From the NCBI GenBank assembly GCA_002633005.1, contig NMRA01000035.1:1145059-1209058 (forward strand): a DNA stretch of 64,000 nucleotides, read 5' to 3'. Under the pieces are notes generated by a model. That model searched no databases. It was not told the DNA's origin and was given only the letters and a program-made list of their open reading frames with translations. Source of the stretch: Phoronis australis. Taxonomy: Eukaryota; Animalia; Phoronida. Of this stretch, positions 36,991 through 50,959 are shown piece by piece (the first letter of the stretch is position 1; each line of letters starts with the position of its first letter). The position numbers and the translations under genes are program-made.

Positions 36991-39900
36991 GCTCGGCAGC
37001 GTCGTCGCCTCCGACGCGGTGTTCTAAAGCAGACGTCGTTTTCATATTGAACAGTTCGCAATGCGTAGGCGCAGCCAACTTCGACCTCTCCAAGAGTTTT
37101 ATTGCTGACGTCATCAACAGCTTTACGTTTGGTGTACATGGCATTCAAGTAGGACTGATACTTGTCAACGGTGATGCGCATTTACAGTCCTATTTGAATG
37201 CGTACAGCAAGAAAAACGACATTGTGTCCGCGGTAAGGAGGATCCCTTACGACGGAGGAACGACAGCAACACACGCTGCGATCGAAATGATGAGAGAACA
37301 TGTGTATCGTCCTCATAATGGTGACCGACCAAACGTACCAAACATCGCCATCGTAGTCACGGATGGAATTTCAAATTCCCCTTTAGAAACAATAGATGAA
37401 GCTGGAAAAGTGAGGTCGTTGAATATTGTACCATACATCATAGCCGTAGGAATAGGCTTTAGCAACCGACCGTGGGAACTGGAAAAAGTGGCCAATAAAC
37501 CAACAGCTGAATGGGTATTCATGGCGAAGACGTTCAGTGATTTGGCGGGAATAAAGGACAGGGTTGCTCAACGGGTCATGAAAGGTACAATGTCATGTTC
37601 TAATTACAACCTAGAAAATACCTGTACTAACTCAACATGGATTTCCCATTATAATTAAAATTAGAGAAATTAATTTACAAGCACTTATCTATTGTATGAA
37701 GTACATATTTCTGTTTTTTGCCGTCGGTGTGTGTGCGGCGCGTGCGTGTGTGAATTTGAATAATGTCTACGAGTTCGTTAAAGCCGTTATGAACCCTCCT
37801 TTTGTATGCCGGCGTGGTGATTTGAGGAGCATGCTCGAGATCAAGAAGAATAATTTTGGTTACAACGATGGCCATTTTAGCCGGTGATTATAGGCTCAAC
37901 CAATAACGAGCACAGAAATCATTTCCAACACGAGCTAGGAACACGTTGAGACCAGTTCATAACATAACATGATCTGAATCAAAGGTTAATGTATTCTTTA
38001 CTTGTATGTGAGGATCATATATAGTTTGTCAGCCGAACAGCAGATTGTTGACCGAGGAAAGTCACTTGGCGGCTGTTGCAATCGTAATTTAGAGGGAGGG
38101 GAGGGAGAGGGTGAGGGGGATGGGGNNNNNNNNNNNNNNNNNNNNNNNNNNNNNNNNNNNNNNNNNNNNATTGCCCATCGCCTTACTCTGATGCTCTCAA
38201 TCTTACAGTGATGAATGTAGATCAACAGCATTATTCCGTTTGCATCACGAATATTGTCCTGTGCAGATAAACCTGGAAGCGCTTAAACATGACCACTATT
38301 GCCAAACAGTCCTTTTTGTGAATTACCGCGGCCCGGTGGCTTTCCGTTTTCGGTTGGTATACGCAACAGGGAACATTCCATAGTAAAATGCCTGCAACAA
38401 GACAGTCGTGAAACAATCATCGGATATTTTTGTACTGACGATGAACGTAAAACAACCACGGTTTTGTTTCTGTGCTTAAGGAAATACCTCTCCCTAACAT
38501 AGTTGTCCTTGTCCACGTACAAAATTATATGATGAAAGAAGTTAACAAGACTAATCTTATTGGCCGCCGCCATCATTGTGTGACAGATCGTAGCGACACC
38601 TAGCGGTTGTGTGCTCCGACGAAGTACGGGAGACGATATTTGTTTTCCTCGGAGCACGCGCGTGCTACATATAGCCACCGTCCTTGAAACAAGGTTTGCT
38701 ATAAGCGGTCCAATGGTATTGCACTAGGAGATTTGTCTCTCTCTACGGTCTCTGGCATGATCAAGAGAAACTCTGGGTACGTCACAATGAAATGTTTGTT
38801 TAAAAATAAGCACATCAACACTGAAGTCGCTGTTCGTGCAACATTTTGTGATTTTTAGAGCTTTTTCGCAATGGTGGTTTTGGGAAGAAATGGAATGAAA
38901 TGAGGAACTGTTGCAGACAATATTTATTGGAAGAAATGAATTGCATTGATAGCCTTTAAGGAAGGACAAAGAATTTTTACATGTACATGAATTTTATTTC
39001 AGTTGCCCAGAAGAACGGTGAAGCATGTGCAACAAAAACAACATCTGCAACATCCACCCTGCCTCCAGCAATACTGGAACTCACAACAAAAACAAGAAAA
39101 ATACCACCAAAACCAACACCGAAAACAAGCACAAATGGCAAGTCAAAATAATGTAGCCTGAGATCTCCAGAGAATTCAGAAAACGATTATGCCGCGCAAC
39201 GCCTCCGATCCGCAAACTACAAGATTCCAGAAACTGTATGTCGGAGATTTCATAACACGGAACTTCGAGTTGTTAGTTGGAGTTCATTTCGTGAAAGTTT
39301 TTTGGCCTCAGCGTAGATTCAAATCAGATTTATGACCAATCTGTCATAATAGGCCTACATCATGAAATTTCCTTGACTCAGCTAAGACCGAAAATGAGCT
39401 TGCTACTGGGTAGGTTTAAGACCGGATTTTTGTCTAAATGACAAAACTTGTGACTGCCATAACTGTAAATTGTCGTAAAATTTTCCGTTTTTCTAAATCT
39501 AATGGCTCCAAACAATGTCGAATTGAATATTCCCTCCTTTCAGTTCGGGAGGTGGCAAAACACAGTAGCGCCATTCACAAATATATTGGGACGCTTTTGT
39601 AAATCTCAGTTAATGTTTTCCAGCGCAACCACTATATTCTCAAATGATAAGAGATTACAATTGAAATTATGGCTCCCCAATGTTGTACTACGCAAATGCC
39701 TACTTAAAGATGCCTCGCATCGTGTAACTATGCAAGACTTGGCAAGATTTCATCACAGCGTCGTTAGAGCAGTCTGTATCGCCTTGAACAACTTTCAGGC
39801 GGGAATAAAAATGGACGGAACGGACGTGTGAATTGAAATACCCTTAAGCCGTGAAACAACTACGGATGCAATATTGAATGCTATCGGCTAATTTCAGGTT

Positions 39901-42900
39901 TTATTTTTGTATAGGTATTACTCCACCAACACCAAAGTGTGAAGCAGCGGGTGATTTGGTTTTTTGTTCTCGACACCTCGTCTAGCGTCACCAAACTTGA
40001 CTTCAAGTTGGCAAAGAGCTTTATGAAAAGCCTCGTCGGAGCTTTCTTCATACACCCCAGGAAAGTCCTGATTGGACTAATTCTATATGGAACGCACGTC
40101 AGAACTGAAATACCCTTAGGCAGTGAAAAAAACCATGGATTCAATATTGCAAGCCATTGGTAGTATCTCACGCATTGGGGGCTCGACAAACACCGGGGGG
40201 CGCATTAAAGGTCTTGCAGGAAACAGTTTTTACAAAACGTGGAGGCGACAGGGAAGAGGCTCCCAATGTTGCGATTGTTATGACTGATGGCTTGTCAGAT
40301 GACCCGTTTTTTACAAAACAAGAAGCGAAATTCGTCCGNNNNNNNNNNNNNNNNNNNNNNNNNNNNNNNNNNNNNNNNNNNNNNNNNNNNNNNNNNNNNN
40401 NNNNNNNNNNNNNNNNNNNNNNNNNNNNNNNNNNNNNNNNNNNNNNNNNNNNNNNNNNNNNNNNNNNNNNNNNNNNNNNNNNNNNNNNNNNNNNNNNNNN
40501 NNNNNNNNNNNNNNNNNNNNNNNNNNNNNNNNNNNNNNNNNNNNNNNNNNNNNNNNNNNNNNNNNNNNNNNNNNNNNNNNNNNNNNNNNNNNNNNNNNGC
40601 CACAGCACCGTCAGGGCAGAAGTTGTACATTGACAATCATTATTTGAGTAATGTAAATGTAAATAAAGATTCCCCTAACACCTGGCCGTGGGATGGAAAT
40701 CGAGTTGTTTCACAACAGTTTCTGCCAGCCGCGTGAAACACTAAATTAGCATGAGCTCACACGGCCACGGTGTCCCGTCAATTACTGAGTTTTATTGCAC
40801 CTAAAGCCGGTAAGCAGTGATTTATTCATTGCTGGCTTCTCAAATCATTTGCACTCACGAACACTCCAAAGGCATTACAAATTGCATCTAATGAGACAGA
40901 CTTTGTTTCAGTTTTAAATAAGTATTGGTTAGGGTGAGAATAATTCATTTTGAAACAGAACGCTCAGTAATAAACGCCAACATGGCATGGGCAACTCGCA
41001 ATCCCGACTTAGGACGAGCTAGAGCTCACCAGTCCCGACTTCGCAGGTGGTTCGTTAAGTTTTACAGGTCATCAATTCGAACAGGAATACGGTGATTAAG
41101 AAATACTAGAGAGGCTTCGTGAACAAGCTCAGACAACGGAACGCATGGAGTTATTTGGCCGGTAAGCCGGCATTCCGTCAGGCACTGTCGACGTCTGCAG
41201 GCCACAGACACGGAGATGTTTCACGGCCTCATACTTGCTATTTACAGCGTACATTTCATTCTTCACTACCATGAGCCACTTCCTAAGCATTTCGGACTCT
41301 CGAGGAAGTAGAAAAAACGATATACCCGCTTTCTTCTCAGCTGCTTAGTTCGGACAAGCGGGAACGATGCACCGCAACATAGCGGCGTTCACTCTGCGTA
41401 TGAACCACTGACGTCGCTAGCGTCGTTTTTCACCTTCCTCACAGGTTAACGCGACACCTCTTGGCAAGGTAAGGTCGACCGTATGCGAGGCGATGTGAAT
41501 ATAGACCGATTAAGACGACAAAAAGACTAATTAAATCGGGTGGCATTCTCCTTTAACATCAGACAAATTGTGACGTCAATGATAGAACAAGCTAGCACAA
41601 CACCACGTGTATAAAGATATATCGCCAATCGATCGGTGGGTGATCAAGTTGAATCTTGCTTGATCATTACCAAACCCTCCATTATTTTCAACACACATAG
41701 TCGTCGCCGTAACTAGGAGTCGACTGTGTCGCCGTATCGCCAAGGGGGGTGGCGGCGGATTTGGAGGCAAAATTATCAACAGATGTCAAGTTTCATTGAA
41801 AACCGCCATTGCGTGAAACAAGGATATATCAGGAAAATGACCATCCTATTACAGAATCAGCGTTCAATAAAGCTTTAAAGATTGTCGCAAAGTACATCTA
41901 TTCGACGTTAAATCTTTTGAGATGCGTGGGTTGGCGCGGTGTGCACATGCGATGATTTTTTACTCGAATTAAGTCAAATAACGTGATGTTATGTTACAGA
42001 AGGTCAAGCAAGTGACGACACTAAGACGAGTTAACTGCGTCAACGAAACTTGGGTAAGACCTCTCAGCCGGCTGAACAAGCTGAACCGGTGGAGTAAATG
42101 AAGGATAGCCATTGAAGAAAAGAGTTACGTGTGCACTTTTCGCTCGCGGATGATTAAGGGCCAAGGCAGATAGAGACCTGCAAGCTGAGCTGGCCGCCTC
42201 GTTTGTGCGAAAACTGAGCTGACAGTTTACGCCAAGGTATGAAGATAAGACAGCAATTGAATAAATCAAGCTGCTACTTCATTCAGTTGACGTGAGCTGA
42301 CAGTTCAACTTTTGAAGTTTTGAGGCATCCAGCTAAACTCATAGCCTTCCATCGGCGCTGATTCTCAAGGGGAAAATCCTACATTATCTATCGTTTCAGT
42401 TGTTTTACAAAACAAACCAACCACGGCGACATTAGGAACCACGAGAGAAACCATCAGGCCGTGGAGCCCATGGTTAACATCCGCAACAGCAGGAGCATTA
42501 AAAACAGCAACGACAACAACTACTACAGCCATAACATCAACAGCAACAGGAACAACAACATCAATCACACCAATAGCAGTATCTGGGGCGACCTCTAGCG
42601 CAACTGAGTTCACTGCGGAATTCACGACTACTACAGATGCAGGTAGACCACACTATGCTATGGAAAAAGTGCTCGCTTCATCTAGTTTTGTGCCAATTTA
42701 AAAAAAGGATTTGTAACAATAAGATGAGTGATCCTTAGTTCAGCAAAACTCACAGTTCGTTTTTGGTTGAGNTTGACGTGAGCTGACAGTTCAACTTTTG
42801 AAGTTTTGAGGCATCCAGCTAAACTCATAGCCTTCCATCGGCGCTGATTCTCAGGGGAAAATCCTACATTATCTATCGTTTCAGTTGTTTTACAAAACAA

Positions 42901-45014
42901 ACCAACCACGGCGACATTAGGAACCACGAGAAAAACCATCAGGCCGTGGAGCCAATGGTTAACATCCGCAACAGCAGGAGCATTAAAAACAGCAACGACA
43001 ACAACTACTACAGCCATAACATCAACAGCAACAGGAACAACAACATCAATCACACCAATAGCAGTATTTGGGGCGACCTCTAGCGCAACTGAGTTCACTG
43101 CGGAATTCACGACTACTACAGATGCAGGTAGACCACACTATGCTATGGAAAAAGTGCTGGTTTCATCTAGTTTTGTGCCAATTTACAAAAAGGATTTGTA
43201 ACAATAAGATGAGTGAGGCTTAGTTCAGCAAAAGTGACAGTTCGTTTTTGGTTGAGATCAGGTTATAAAAATTAATTTCTTGCGGCCTGTCAAGCATGGT
43301 ATCGTACAATAACGAACTGACAGTTCTTTGTAAGACTAAGAACGTCTGACCGGAGTAAAGAATAAGTCAAGACCAATATGAAAGCGGTAAGAAGTTTGCC
43401 GCAAAATTCCGTTTCCTAGGCAGGACGCAGGTTTAATGCCGCTTTGATTTGTATACGATTAGTTGGCGAAATAAGGGAAACTATCAAAGAAAATGATTCT
43501 GCTTTTGTGAAAATCAAAGAAATGTGCTTGGACATGGCATCACAAAATGTTGGCAAAAATGTTCAAAGAATTAAATTACCAGAAATAGTTCGACTGGGAT
43601 CAAATTTTGTCTTCCTGATTCCAGGAATCTCACATTTTTTGCAGTGCGTAGAAGTTACGAGAAATTGTCAGATTTGGTTCTGTTCGTAGAGAATATTTCA
43701 ATGAGTGTTTTTACATCAAACGCGACCTGGGCTGAAGCTCCAGCGCACAAACCTAGGATTTTCAACAATGTCAGAGGACATTTAACAAAACTATTTCCAT
43801 GGTTCTGACAGTTGCAAGTGTGTTCGCAAGAGATGTAGTAGCTGAAGGACAAGTGCGCCGCCTGTCGTGAAGGCTTTGAGAGAATCAGCTATGCAGAGTC
43901 TAATAAAACACTCATCGTTTTTGTGCAATTTATTCAATCGTGGCACTTGGCCTCACGCCTTGCGTCATTCCCAGAAGCAATGGGATTCCTTGGGTCTTTT
44001 TCATGAAAAAAGATTCGAAACTTCAAACAGAAATTTTGTCTTAGCTTCGCCTTCACATTTGCTGAATAGAGGTTTAGCCAAGTAATACGAGCGCATCCCA
44101 GTCTTGCAATATTTTACAAATATTATCTCAGTAACTAGCAATTAGGAAAATGTTCTCAGATACTTTGGATTTTTGCTAAAGTGAGGTTTAAGCATATTTC
44201 AAATAGTTATGTGGAACGTAAAACCAAATATCTGACTTAACTCTTAAGTCATTTTTCATGAAACAGATCTCTGGAATACATAAAAACAAACCATTAGGTC
44301 TCAGTAATACGATTTTTAACATTCATATTTCAGAGTGTGACATTGCAAGGACTCGCTGTGTTCTGCATTGTCTGTCAAAACAAAACAGAAAATGTTCAGC
44401 TTCATTTCTTGCTTGCATTTTATTTAACAGGTGATGGACGTTCCAAAACACAGAATGCAAGAATTACGAACGTTGTCTTCGTCCTGGATGCGTCGGACAG
44501 CTTGAGTATTGAAAATTTCGAGTCAACGAAAAATTTTGTCAAAAACGTCATTAAAAAGTTGCTCGTCACCAGATACATATTTCGAGTTGGCTTCGTAGCA
44601 TTCGGAGGAGACGTTAAAACAATAATTCCCATAGGCGCCTACTCAACGGCTGATGCGTTGATCGAAACAGTTGACAAGATACGCTACATAGGGGGTGCTA
44701 CAAATACCGCAGAGGCGCTAAAAGCCTTGCGGAAGGACGTCTTTGCCAATGGAGATAGGTGGGAAACTTTCAACGTTGCGATCATTCTAACAAGTGGGAT
44801 TTCCAAATACACCGATTTGACGAGACTCGAAGCCATCGCAACTCGTAAAAACTCTCTTATCTTAGCAATAGTCATAGGACATAACGCGTCAGTAGCCGAG
44901 CTTATCAACCTTGTAGGATTTCCACCGAGGAATCGAATTTTTCACGCAAAAGATTTCAGCGAACTATCAACCCTTGAAAACAGATTAGTCAACCGCCTTA
45001 TTCAAAGTGCTTGA
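36991..45014 (+). CDS. Multi-VWA-domain extracellular-matrix-type protein (matrilin/collagen VI-like VWA x3 with Thr/Pro-rich linkers); 5' exon not identified, partly in an assembly gap
   Basis: Phase-1 exons: 36991-37584 (VWA1: CSKADVVFILNSS...AIVVTDG), 39003-39137 (T/K/P linker, GC donor), 39915->40338 (VWA2: DLVFVLDTSSSV...IVMTDG, three homopolymer frameshifts, runs into Ns), 42400-42642 (Thr-rich, duplicated at 42885-43127) and 44431-45014 (VWA3: VVFVLDASDSL, ends TGA). AATAAA at ~45373. Confidence 0.82.
42288..43256. repeat. ~485-bp near-identical tandem duplication split by a single N (probable haplotype/contig-overlap artefact)
   Basis: 42288-42771 and 42773-43256 differ by only a few substitutions; the N at 42772 is exactly at the junction. 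Confidence 0.85.
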
Positions 45015-45464
45015 TGTATATAGCTAAGGCTGTTGCCTCGTCACCTTGGTGGTTCTAGACACGTGAAAGAGAGGCTAGAGTATTACAATCAGGGCGCCAA
45101 AATGAAAATTATGTTTAAGTGTAACACTTGGCAATAACAAAATGTCAATATGGACTGTACTTTTATGAAAGGTTCAGGTCAATCTTCATAAACATCGATG
45201 AACGCACTTCAGACTACGATAGCAACGATGAAAAGTAAGGGAAATACAGGGCTGTACATTTTCCTTTAATTTTAAGCATAAAATCAAATTTATGGTGAAA
45301 TCTGAGAATGAATGTGTTGTTCACTGCTGCTTGTGAACTTTGTATAATTTAAATATTATATTGGAGTTTTTTAATAAAGATACCTTAAACGATGGAAAAA
45401 CCTGGTTTTCTGAGAATACAATTTGTCCAGTGTTATGTTTTCTGCTTTTTAACATAACATGCTG

Positions 45465-47044
45465 GCCTTAAGTGCCTGGGTATAACGTTTGACAGAACGC
45501 TGAAAGAGCAGGTAAACCACCTAATTAAGCGGTGCGCACATGGACTAGCTGCATTAAAGACCACGGCTACCTGTAGAGTAGAAGAACGCCAGCTATTGAT
45601 TTTCTTCAAGGCGGTAGTATTGATTACGGTTTGGGCATTATCACAGCATCCAAGACACAAATGATGAAATTAGAGAGGGTACAGAACACTGCGATGCGAA
45701 TTATCCTTAGATGTACTCAGGTCCCAATAGCAGCATTGAAATACATTCTTGGTCTCTCGAGTATTGAACAAAGGCGCAGACTAGACCAGGTGAAAGCAGT
45801 GTTCCGGGTGGCTAAAAACAGGAAACATCTCTTGCATGATCAGTTGGCTGTACCCAAAGGCACCAGATTAAAACGTGGCAAATCATGGTTGGCAGCAGCG
45901 GAAACCACAGTAGAAAGAGTGCGTGAGCTGGATCTGGTTCGCAGAGGAGAAGAGTATACGAAGGTGAATGACAAAAAAGCTAGCAGATTCACCAGGGTTG
46001 TCATTACTATGGGCCGAGAGTGTCGTGAGAGGGCGGTTGGTACACCCTAGTACGCAGCAACAGCGTGGCATGTTGACTGACTTGTAAGCAAAAGCAAACG
46101 ACGACCGAACTTATCACAACCGAGGTAGAACAATGACTGACTCGACTGCTGTCACAGTCAGACTATATGAAAAGAAATATGCGCGAAATTCTTGCCTCCC
46201 AAAACGTCACTTCCGGAGTAGACGACGAATAATTAATTAAATTACGAAAAGCAGTAAATAAGTGAAAAATTTGTCTGTTATAATCAACGAACCTTATTTT
46301 TGCTAAAAAGGACATGAAAAAAGGTTGCCTTCGCCTTTAACAGTGAAGTTCTTGAGCTGGTCTATGAAAATTGTAGTGAGGGAGATGCTGTGGTGTACAC
46401 TGATGGATCGGTTAAAAGAGGAGAAAGATCTGGATGGAGCTATGTAGTCAATGTGGATGGCAAAATAGTAGCGGAAAATGGTGAGGCATATGCGCTCACG
46501 ACATCTAGTATGAAGATGGAGGAGGTTGTTGCTGAAAAAGCACTTGCATGGCTACAGGAAAGCACTCATACCTACGCAGTTATTGTGACAGACTCTCAGA
46601 GCATGCTGAGAAAAATCGAAAAGGGATATCTCAAACCCGAGTGGCTGCTGCATTTACAAACAGTGGACTGAGAAAGCTGAATTGGATATTCTTCCCTGGG
46701 CATGCCGGTGTCGCCGGAAATGAGAAAGCTGACAAGTTAGCGGGAAATGCACCGATACAGGGCGCTCTCAGATTGGGAGAGAGTGAGATTCTCGGAGCGC
46801 TTAGAGAGGTGGAGCTACTGGAGAATGGAGATGCAATTGACATAATGCAGCTGTTTGGATATGAGAGAGGCTGTGGTGCTGATAGTCGGTTGCATGGCCG
46901 GGCAAGACGAATGTGTAATCAGCAGTTGGTTGGAGTGGTTAGTCAAAGGACCTTGTCTGACTTGATGACGTGGAAAGCCGAGCATCTAGGGGTCTGCCCG
47001 GAGTGTGACAACGCTGGTTCTGCACCCAAGTAATACCCAAGTAG
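45465..47044 (+). mobile_element. 5'-truncated non-LTR retrotransposon (end of RT plus RNase H; I/Ingi/Nimb-like), frameshifted
   Basis: KCLGITFDRTL, LERVQNTAMRIIL, VYTDGS, VIVTDSQS and WIFFPGHAGVAGNEKADKLA motifs. A 15-bp TSD TAACATAACATGCTG lies at 45450-45464 and 47045-47059, with a CCAAGTA repeat tail. Confidence 0.92.
46040..46340 (-). mobile_element. Truncated Kolobok-like DNA transposon end nested in the LINE
   Basis: Interrupts the LINE ORF. The minus strand begins TTAAAGGCGAAGGCAACC and leads to MPRCCCVLGCTN, a THAP-domain-like start. Confidence 0.55.
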
Positions 47045-50000
47045 TAACATAACATGCTGAATAAAGATTTTTATGAAATCATACACTGGTGATATACCAA
47101 CAATAAATGTATTATAGGTAGTGTGTGTACATCAATGTGTTAAAAAGGCATTCCAACATGTTACATCGTGTTTTCAAAAATGTGGTGACATATTGCTATT
47201 TTGACTGATTTTACTGAAGAATAAACATAAACTGTTTTTTTCAAAAACATTTAATGCGTTCAGTCTTGACTAATTTAGCAGTTGAACCTCTTTCTGATCT
47301 CTGCCAGTCGGCGGCATAATTACACAAAACTCAATTTCATACATGGTCAAATCAGTTTTGAAATCCCAATGAACTCACAATTATTTAACGGCTCACCTTC
47401 GCAGTTTTTGGGGCAACTATCATAAGAATACCGCGTAGTTGGACCCATACCAAGACTGGCAAAGAGAATTTACAAGTTAGCTGCGGTACCTGGAGGGCTG
47501 CGAGACTTAGACACAAGAAATTAGTAAAAATACAAGATCATACAAGTCTTCATGAAATGTCGAAGTCATGTTACGCAGGGCACGTTTTCACACTAACTGT
47601 TCTGCGATTTTAATTTCTTGCGTCAACGAAACGCAACCGTGACCCAGACGGCCACGAGGTTAAACAACCAAGGAACTCGATGGTGACTGATCTTGCAGAT
47701 ATTTGAGACAATAAACGCGCCGAAAGATAAATACAGCTATGAAAGAAAAACAAAGTATTTTGATGAAAAAATTCGTGACAACTGTCAACTGTTGTCCGAG
47801 ATGAATTCGTGTTATTCTATCGGACATTTTATTCATGCTTCATTGCCGGCGATCTTGTCACATTGGAAAAGTGACATCATCAGCACAAAAAAGTTTTCTT
47901 AGATGAAGTTCAACGTGGAATCGAAACCACAACCTCAGCGATTGCAGTGGAGCGTCCTGCTTGTGTAGAATGTCTGAATATTTTACAAGGATACTAAACG
48001 CTGTTTTGATGATTTTCACCGATTCTTGTTTTGTAACCTGCTTATGCATCATCGGCGCCAATCTTGCAACTTAAAGAGAGGAACCAACTAAAAGCTTATA
48101 CCCGTATCTCACAAATTGGATATTATGGTCCGTGGTGGATGGCGGTCTTTTCCAACAGCTGCCGTGTAATTCGCTGAAAGCTTAGGTCACGTTTGCCCGT
48201 TTATCAGACTTCGAAAAGAGTTTTCAAACTTGGAGGGTTATCAAGCGTTACAAAGCATTATTTTGTTTCAGAGAACTGGATGGAAAAGTCGTTTTTATCT
48301 GTTGATAGACCAAACCCGGGTTTAGTACCTTTTAAAAGTAAATTGGTAAATTCAGCAACTTCAGCAATTCAGCAAATGGCTGACAGACGACGGAAGGAAT
48401 TGGCCATTTATTATGAAATCACAAAACAAAACTGATTTTGTTGTTTCGCAGCTTTAGTCAAAGCCCGTAATGTCGAGAAGTCGATACCGTTCAACAATGA
48501 TTCTAAAATGTGTTTCGAAAGCAAAACGGACTACACCGGGAATTCACGAAAATAGGCCCACGGGCGGATATTTGGAAAGTACCCTTTCAAAAACGTTAAT
48601 TGAAATCGAATACACGGCCAATCGTATTTTTGGAAGCTGTCGAGCATTTTATGGTGCATTTAAAAGTAATTAACTATTCTTATTCACTCATAACTGTTTT
48701 CAAAGTACCCCTAAAAGTGAACAGCCATTTTGTAAATTTGTATAGTCCTTTAAAGGCCATACTGTGTCCCGTCTATTTAGTTTCTCCCTATTTTATGTTC
48801 TCTACCTCACGTTACTTGTCACGGAACATGACATGATTTTATCCGTCCAACTATCAAAATCATAAAACAACCTTTAGGTTATTGGTGAAATACGGTGGCC
48901 CACACGTCTCTTTTTTGATTGACGTATTGCAAGCTCCGCCTCCTTGCGAAAAGTTACGTGACACCCGACAAACAGGCAAGATGTCAGAGGCAAATACACA
49001 GTCGCTAAACGACGTTCCTGGTGGAATTGTTGGGTGTTTCTTTGCACTTTCCGAAAACGCTTTGACAAAGACAACAGGTGGTACTTTTCAGCTGAGAATC
49101 GTACGTTCATGACTTGGGAATTTGTAAAGCTGCGACGATGAAAAAAAGTGTTCGAGGAAAAGTATTTCGGAGCCATCGAAAATCCGAAGAACTCCACACG
49201 GGGTTCACCTTCACTTGAAAACTGACAAGGCCACTGATCGAATTTGTTCATGTAAAGCTGCGTATTTACCTTGAAGTCGAATTATCTGTACGATGCCATA
49301 GATTTCAGGATATTTCGAACCAAATCAGTAAAAATTCGCCGATATTTTTTATTATATTCTTCAAGTAAAGTAGGTCTACTCGATAGCACTGTTTATACTT
49401 TTCTGATCTTCAAGCGAAATATTTTGATTAAAATATCAGGTCGGTAGGTCAGGCACATACTCATCTTATCCTAGGCAAGCAGTTAGCTCCGGTAGGTCTA
49501 GGGCTGGGTCCAAAAGTCAAATTAACGCATGGAATTTGCCGTAATTCAGTGCATCATAAAGATATTTAAGTTAGGTTTCATACTTTTTGTAGTTTCATTG
49601 CATATAGGTAGTTTGCATTTAATTTTATACGTAGCATGATCATGAAGCTGTGGTATGGTAACAAAAGATGACGAGTCTGGTGTAGTGGCAAAAAGTGGCC
49701 ATTTACAAAAATAACTAAAATTGTTTTTTAAACCTTCAAAAATCCACGTATCGTGTTTGAACAACAACAAAATGAGCTCTCCTCAACTCTACAGGCGTAG
49801 TGTATACTAGAAGTTCTCATCAAAAAGTAATTCAAATGTTTATTTTTTCGTGACAACAGCTCGAACGAAGCTTTGAGTTCAGTAATTTAGTGCCCTCCCA
49901 GCATATGCCGATCGAATCTATCAATTTTGTTGAGAAGTTTTGTTGAACCCCAGCCTACAGGTATATGAATAACAAAAATTGTATCTGTGCTTCGAAACAG

Positions 50001-50959
50001 TACGATGCCCATTATAGATCGAAATAAATGAAAAATAATAAAAATATCCTTAAAAACAACTTTCCGGGTACTACCGCAAGGCTAGCGCTGGGCTCCATCA
50101 AATACTGAGACAGAGGTCCCCACATTCCTGAATCAAAATCAGACAGGCCTACAGTACAGCCACCAAACTGAAAAGTATGTATCTTGGAACAAATATGTTT
50201 GTGTTTAACCTTCGAGTAATCCAGCAACATTGTTAAGTTTAGCTGCTCGTGTGTCGTGTGCTCGTTCACACTGTTTGATACATCGTTTACAGTCGACAAC
50301 AGTTTTTGGCTTAGGGAATGCCCAAAAATGTCGGGATATTCTTCTCCAGCTGCATAACGACAGTCAAAACTACACACGCCATATCAACACCGTTTCACCA
50401 TTTTTATCGCACAATTTTTTGAGCTATGGACTAAAAATTTACCGACAACGACATTGTTTGTCGGGTAAAATGGCGACTTGGAAATGCAGACGGAGGTGTT
50501 TCGAGAATGCTGCATTCTGATTGGTTAGTTAAGCCGTCAGCCATAAGCCTGGCGATAGGTCAATTATCGCAGGATCTCGAGATCCCTGCTTAATTTTCTC
50601 AGGATCTCAAGAAACGCGCGATGTCATCTTTGGGCCACTGTAGTGAATAGTCTATTTCTGTTTCATTTCTGTGTTTACAAAAACACCTCTGCAGGACACT
50701 GTTGACCTGCACGTGCAGCATTGTACGATCAAGCGACACTCGGGGTCAGACTGAGGTCGCAGTGAAATGTTAAATTAATACTCAATCATAAAAACTTAAT
50801 CACTGTTCGTGCAACATGTTGACACGGATTTTTAGAGCTTGTTCAGAAGTCTGAAATGGTAACGCTATCATGGCATTGGCAAGAAATGGAGCGAAATCAG
50901 CAACCCGAACGGTTGCTGAAAATATTCATTGTAAGAAATGGAATGCATTGTTTGTACTA

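Noticed and set aside
39959-40200. Three +1 frameshifts in VWA2, suggesting programmed frameshifting or a pseudogene
   Set aside because: Each is one extra base in a homopolymer (T6 at 39960-39965, A7 at 40126-40132, G6 at 40195-40200) next to an N gap. Removing them gives a clean VWA domain, so sequencing overcalls are the simplest explanation.
40157-40736. Long ORFs in the track spanning 40157-40736 and 37998-38231
   Set aside because: Their length comes from runs of N.
42365-43110. Val-rich minus-strand ORFs resembling membrane proteins
   Set aside because: They are the antisense shadow of the ACN-rich Thr exon on the plus strand.
42288-43256. Tandem duplicate of the Thr-rich exon as a second alternative-exon system
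   Set aside because: The copies are near-identical including intron flanks and join at a single N, which is typical of uncollapsed haplotypes. Long reads or read depth would be needed to rescue it.
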